Virus record (IMG/VR): IMGVR_UViG_2778261172_000006
Location: 1-37,263 of that record
Strand: one strand, 5' to 3'
Length of the DNA stretch: 37,263 nucleotides
From: a virus
Lineage: Duplodnaviria > Heunggongvirae > Uroviricota > Caudoviricetes
Shown: positions 36,884 through 37,263 of the stretch, piece by piece
Numbering within the stretch: the stretch's first letter is position 1
Layout of the letters: each line of letters opens with the position of its first letter
Translations under genes and position numbers: made by a program
Notes under the pieces: generated by a model
The model's database searches: none
The model's input: only the letters and a program-made list of their open reading frames with translations
Told to the model about the DNA's origin: nothing

Positions 36884-37263
36884 TGGCAAGCAAAGTAAGC
36901 ATTCATAAAGATGTTGAATACCAGGACATTGCAAAAGTTTACGGAAAGGCTCTGGAAAACTGGTTAAATACCGGTGTTCTCCCTGACAGATTCGGCAATG
37001 AAGGGCAGTGGGAAGATAACGCAAGATTATGTGGTTCGTTTGTATATAAATTACACATAAGACTACCGTCAGAACCACCATGGAAGAAAAGCAAAGCCCA
37101 AATAGACAGAACTTCAAATATCTATCTGGTTTATACAAGGCACTGGATGGATTATGACAATATACAAATCATCAGCATCATGGCCCCAGATGCTCACGAA
37201 AAAGCCAAAACTTCTTTCATGGCTGAGCTGGAAAGACGGGCAGAAGAATTCCAGAACTCATAA
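36883..37263 (+). CDS. YafO-like toxin (type II TA ribosome-dependent mRNA interferase family)
   Basis: 126 aa; GVLPDRFG, HIRLP, SNIYLVYTRH and IISIMAPDAHEKA parallel remembered E. coli YafO motifs (GVLPDIFG, HIHL, EAHLVYCQG, LIAILKPEPHKLA). Confidence 0.65.
   Translation: MASKVSIHKDVEYQDIAKVYGKALENWLNTGVLPDRFGNEGQWEDNARLCGSFVYKLHIRLPSEPPWKKSKAQIDRTSNIYLVYTRHWMDYDNIQIISIMAPDAHEKAKTSFMAELERRAEEFQNS

Noticed and set aside
36581-37138. 185-aa ORF on the minus strand
   Set aside because: Antisense to the coupled YafO-like pair, which has the better RBS, coupling and motif support.
1-37263. tRNA, rRNA and CRISPR arrays
   Set aside because: No T-loop-like GGTTCGA motifs with cloverleaf context, no rRNA-like stretches and no regularly spaced direct repeats with unique spacers were seen on reading the sequence.

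Overview
The window is essentially one complete P2-like (Peduovirus-type) temperate prophage, running from the integrase stop codon at base 1 to ogr at 35858, followed by about 1.4 kb of AT-richer DNA carrying a YafO-like toxin gene pair. Gene order: int(-), C-type repressor(-), a long cox-like gene(+), about a dozen small early ORFs including a 2TM protein coupled to an SPFH/band-7 lipoprotein, replication initiator A, a ParM/ParR-like partition module plus three small ORFs, a cos-proximal noncoding stretch with phased repeats, an unknown 174-aa ORF, Q and P(-), then O N M L X holin endolysin lysB/lysC R S V W J I H G(+), a Gin/Pin-type invertible tail-fibre segment with its invertase, the tail module U T E/E' FII FI in inverted orientation(-), and D, ogr(+). 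No rRNA, tRNA or CRISPR array was seen. The most plausible candidates for an undescribed system are the ParM/ParR-like module with its three small ORFs (9085-11282), the 2TM plus SPFH lipoprotein pair (4113-5143), the orphan ORF between the cos region and the portal gene (11849-12373), and the YafO-like toxin with a non-canonical partner (36257-37263); I cannot tell from sequence alone which, if any, is functional. All family assignments come from reading the translated ORFs by eye and from remembered P2, Mu Gin, R1 ParM/ParR and YafO sequences; no database search or alignment was run, so homology calls are hypotheses. Several ORF-track starts are GTG/TTG; where a better ATG with a Shine-Dalgarno exists I moved the start.
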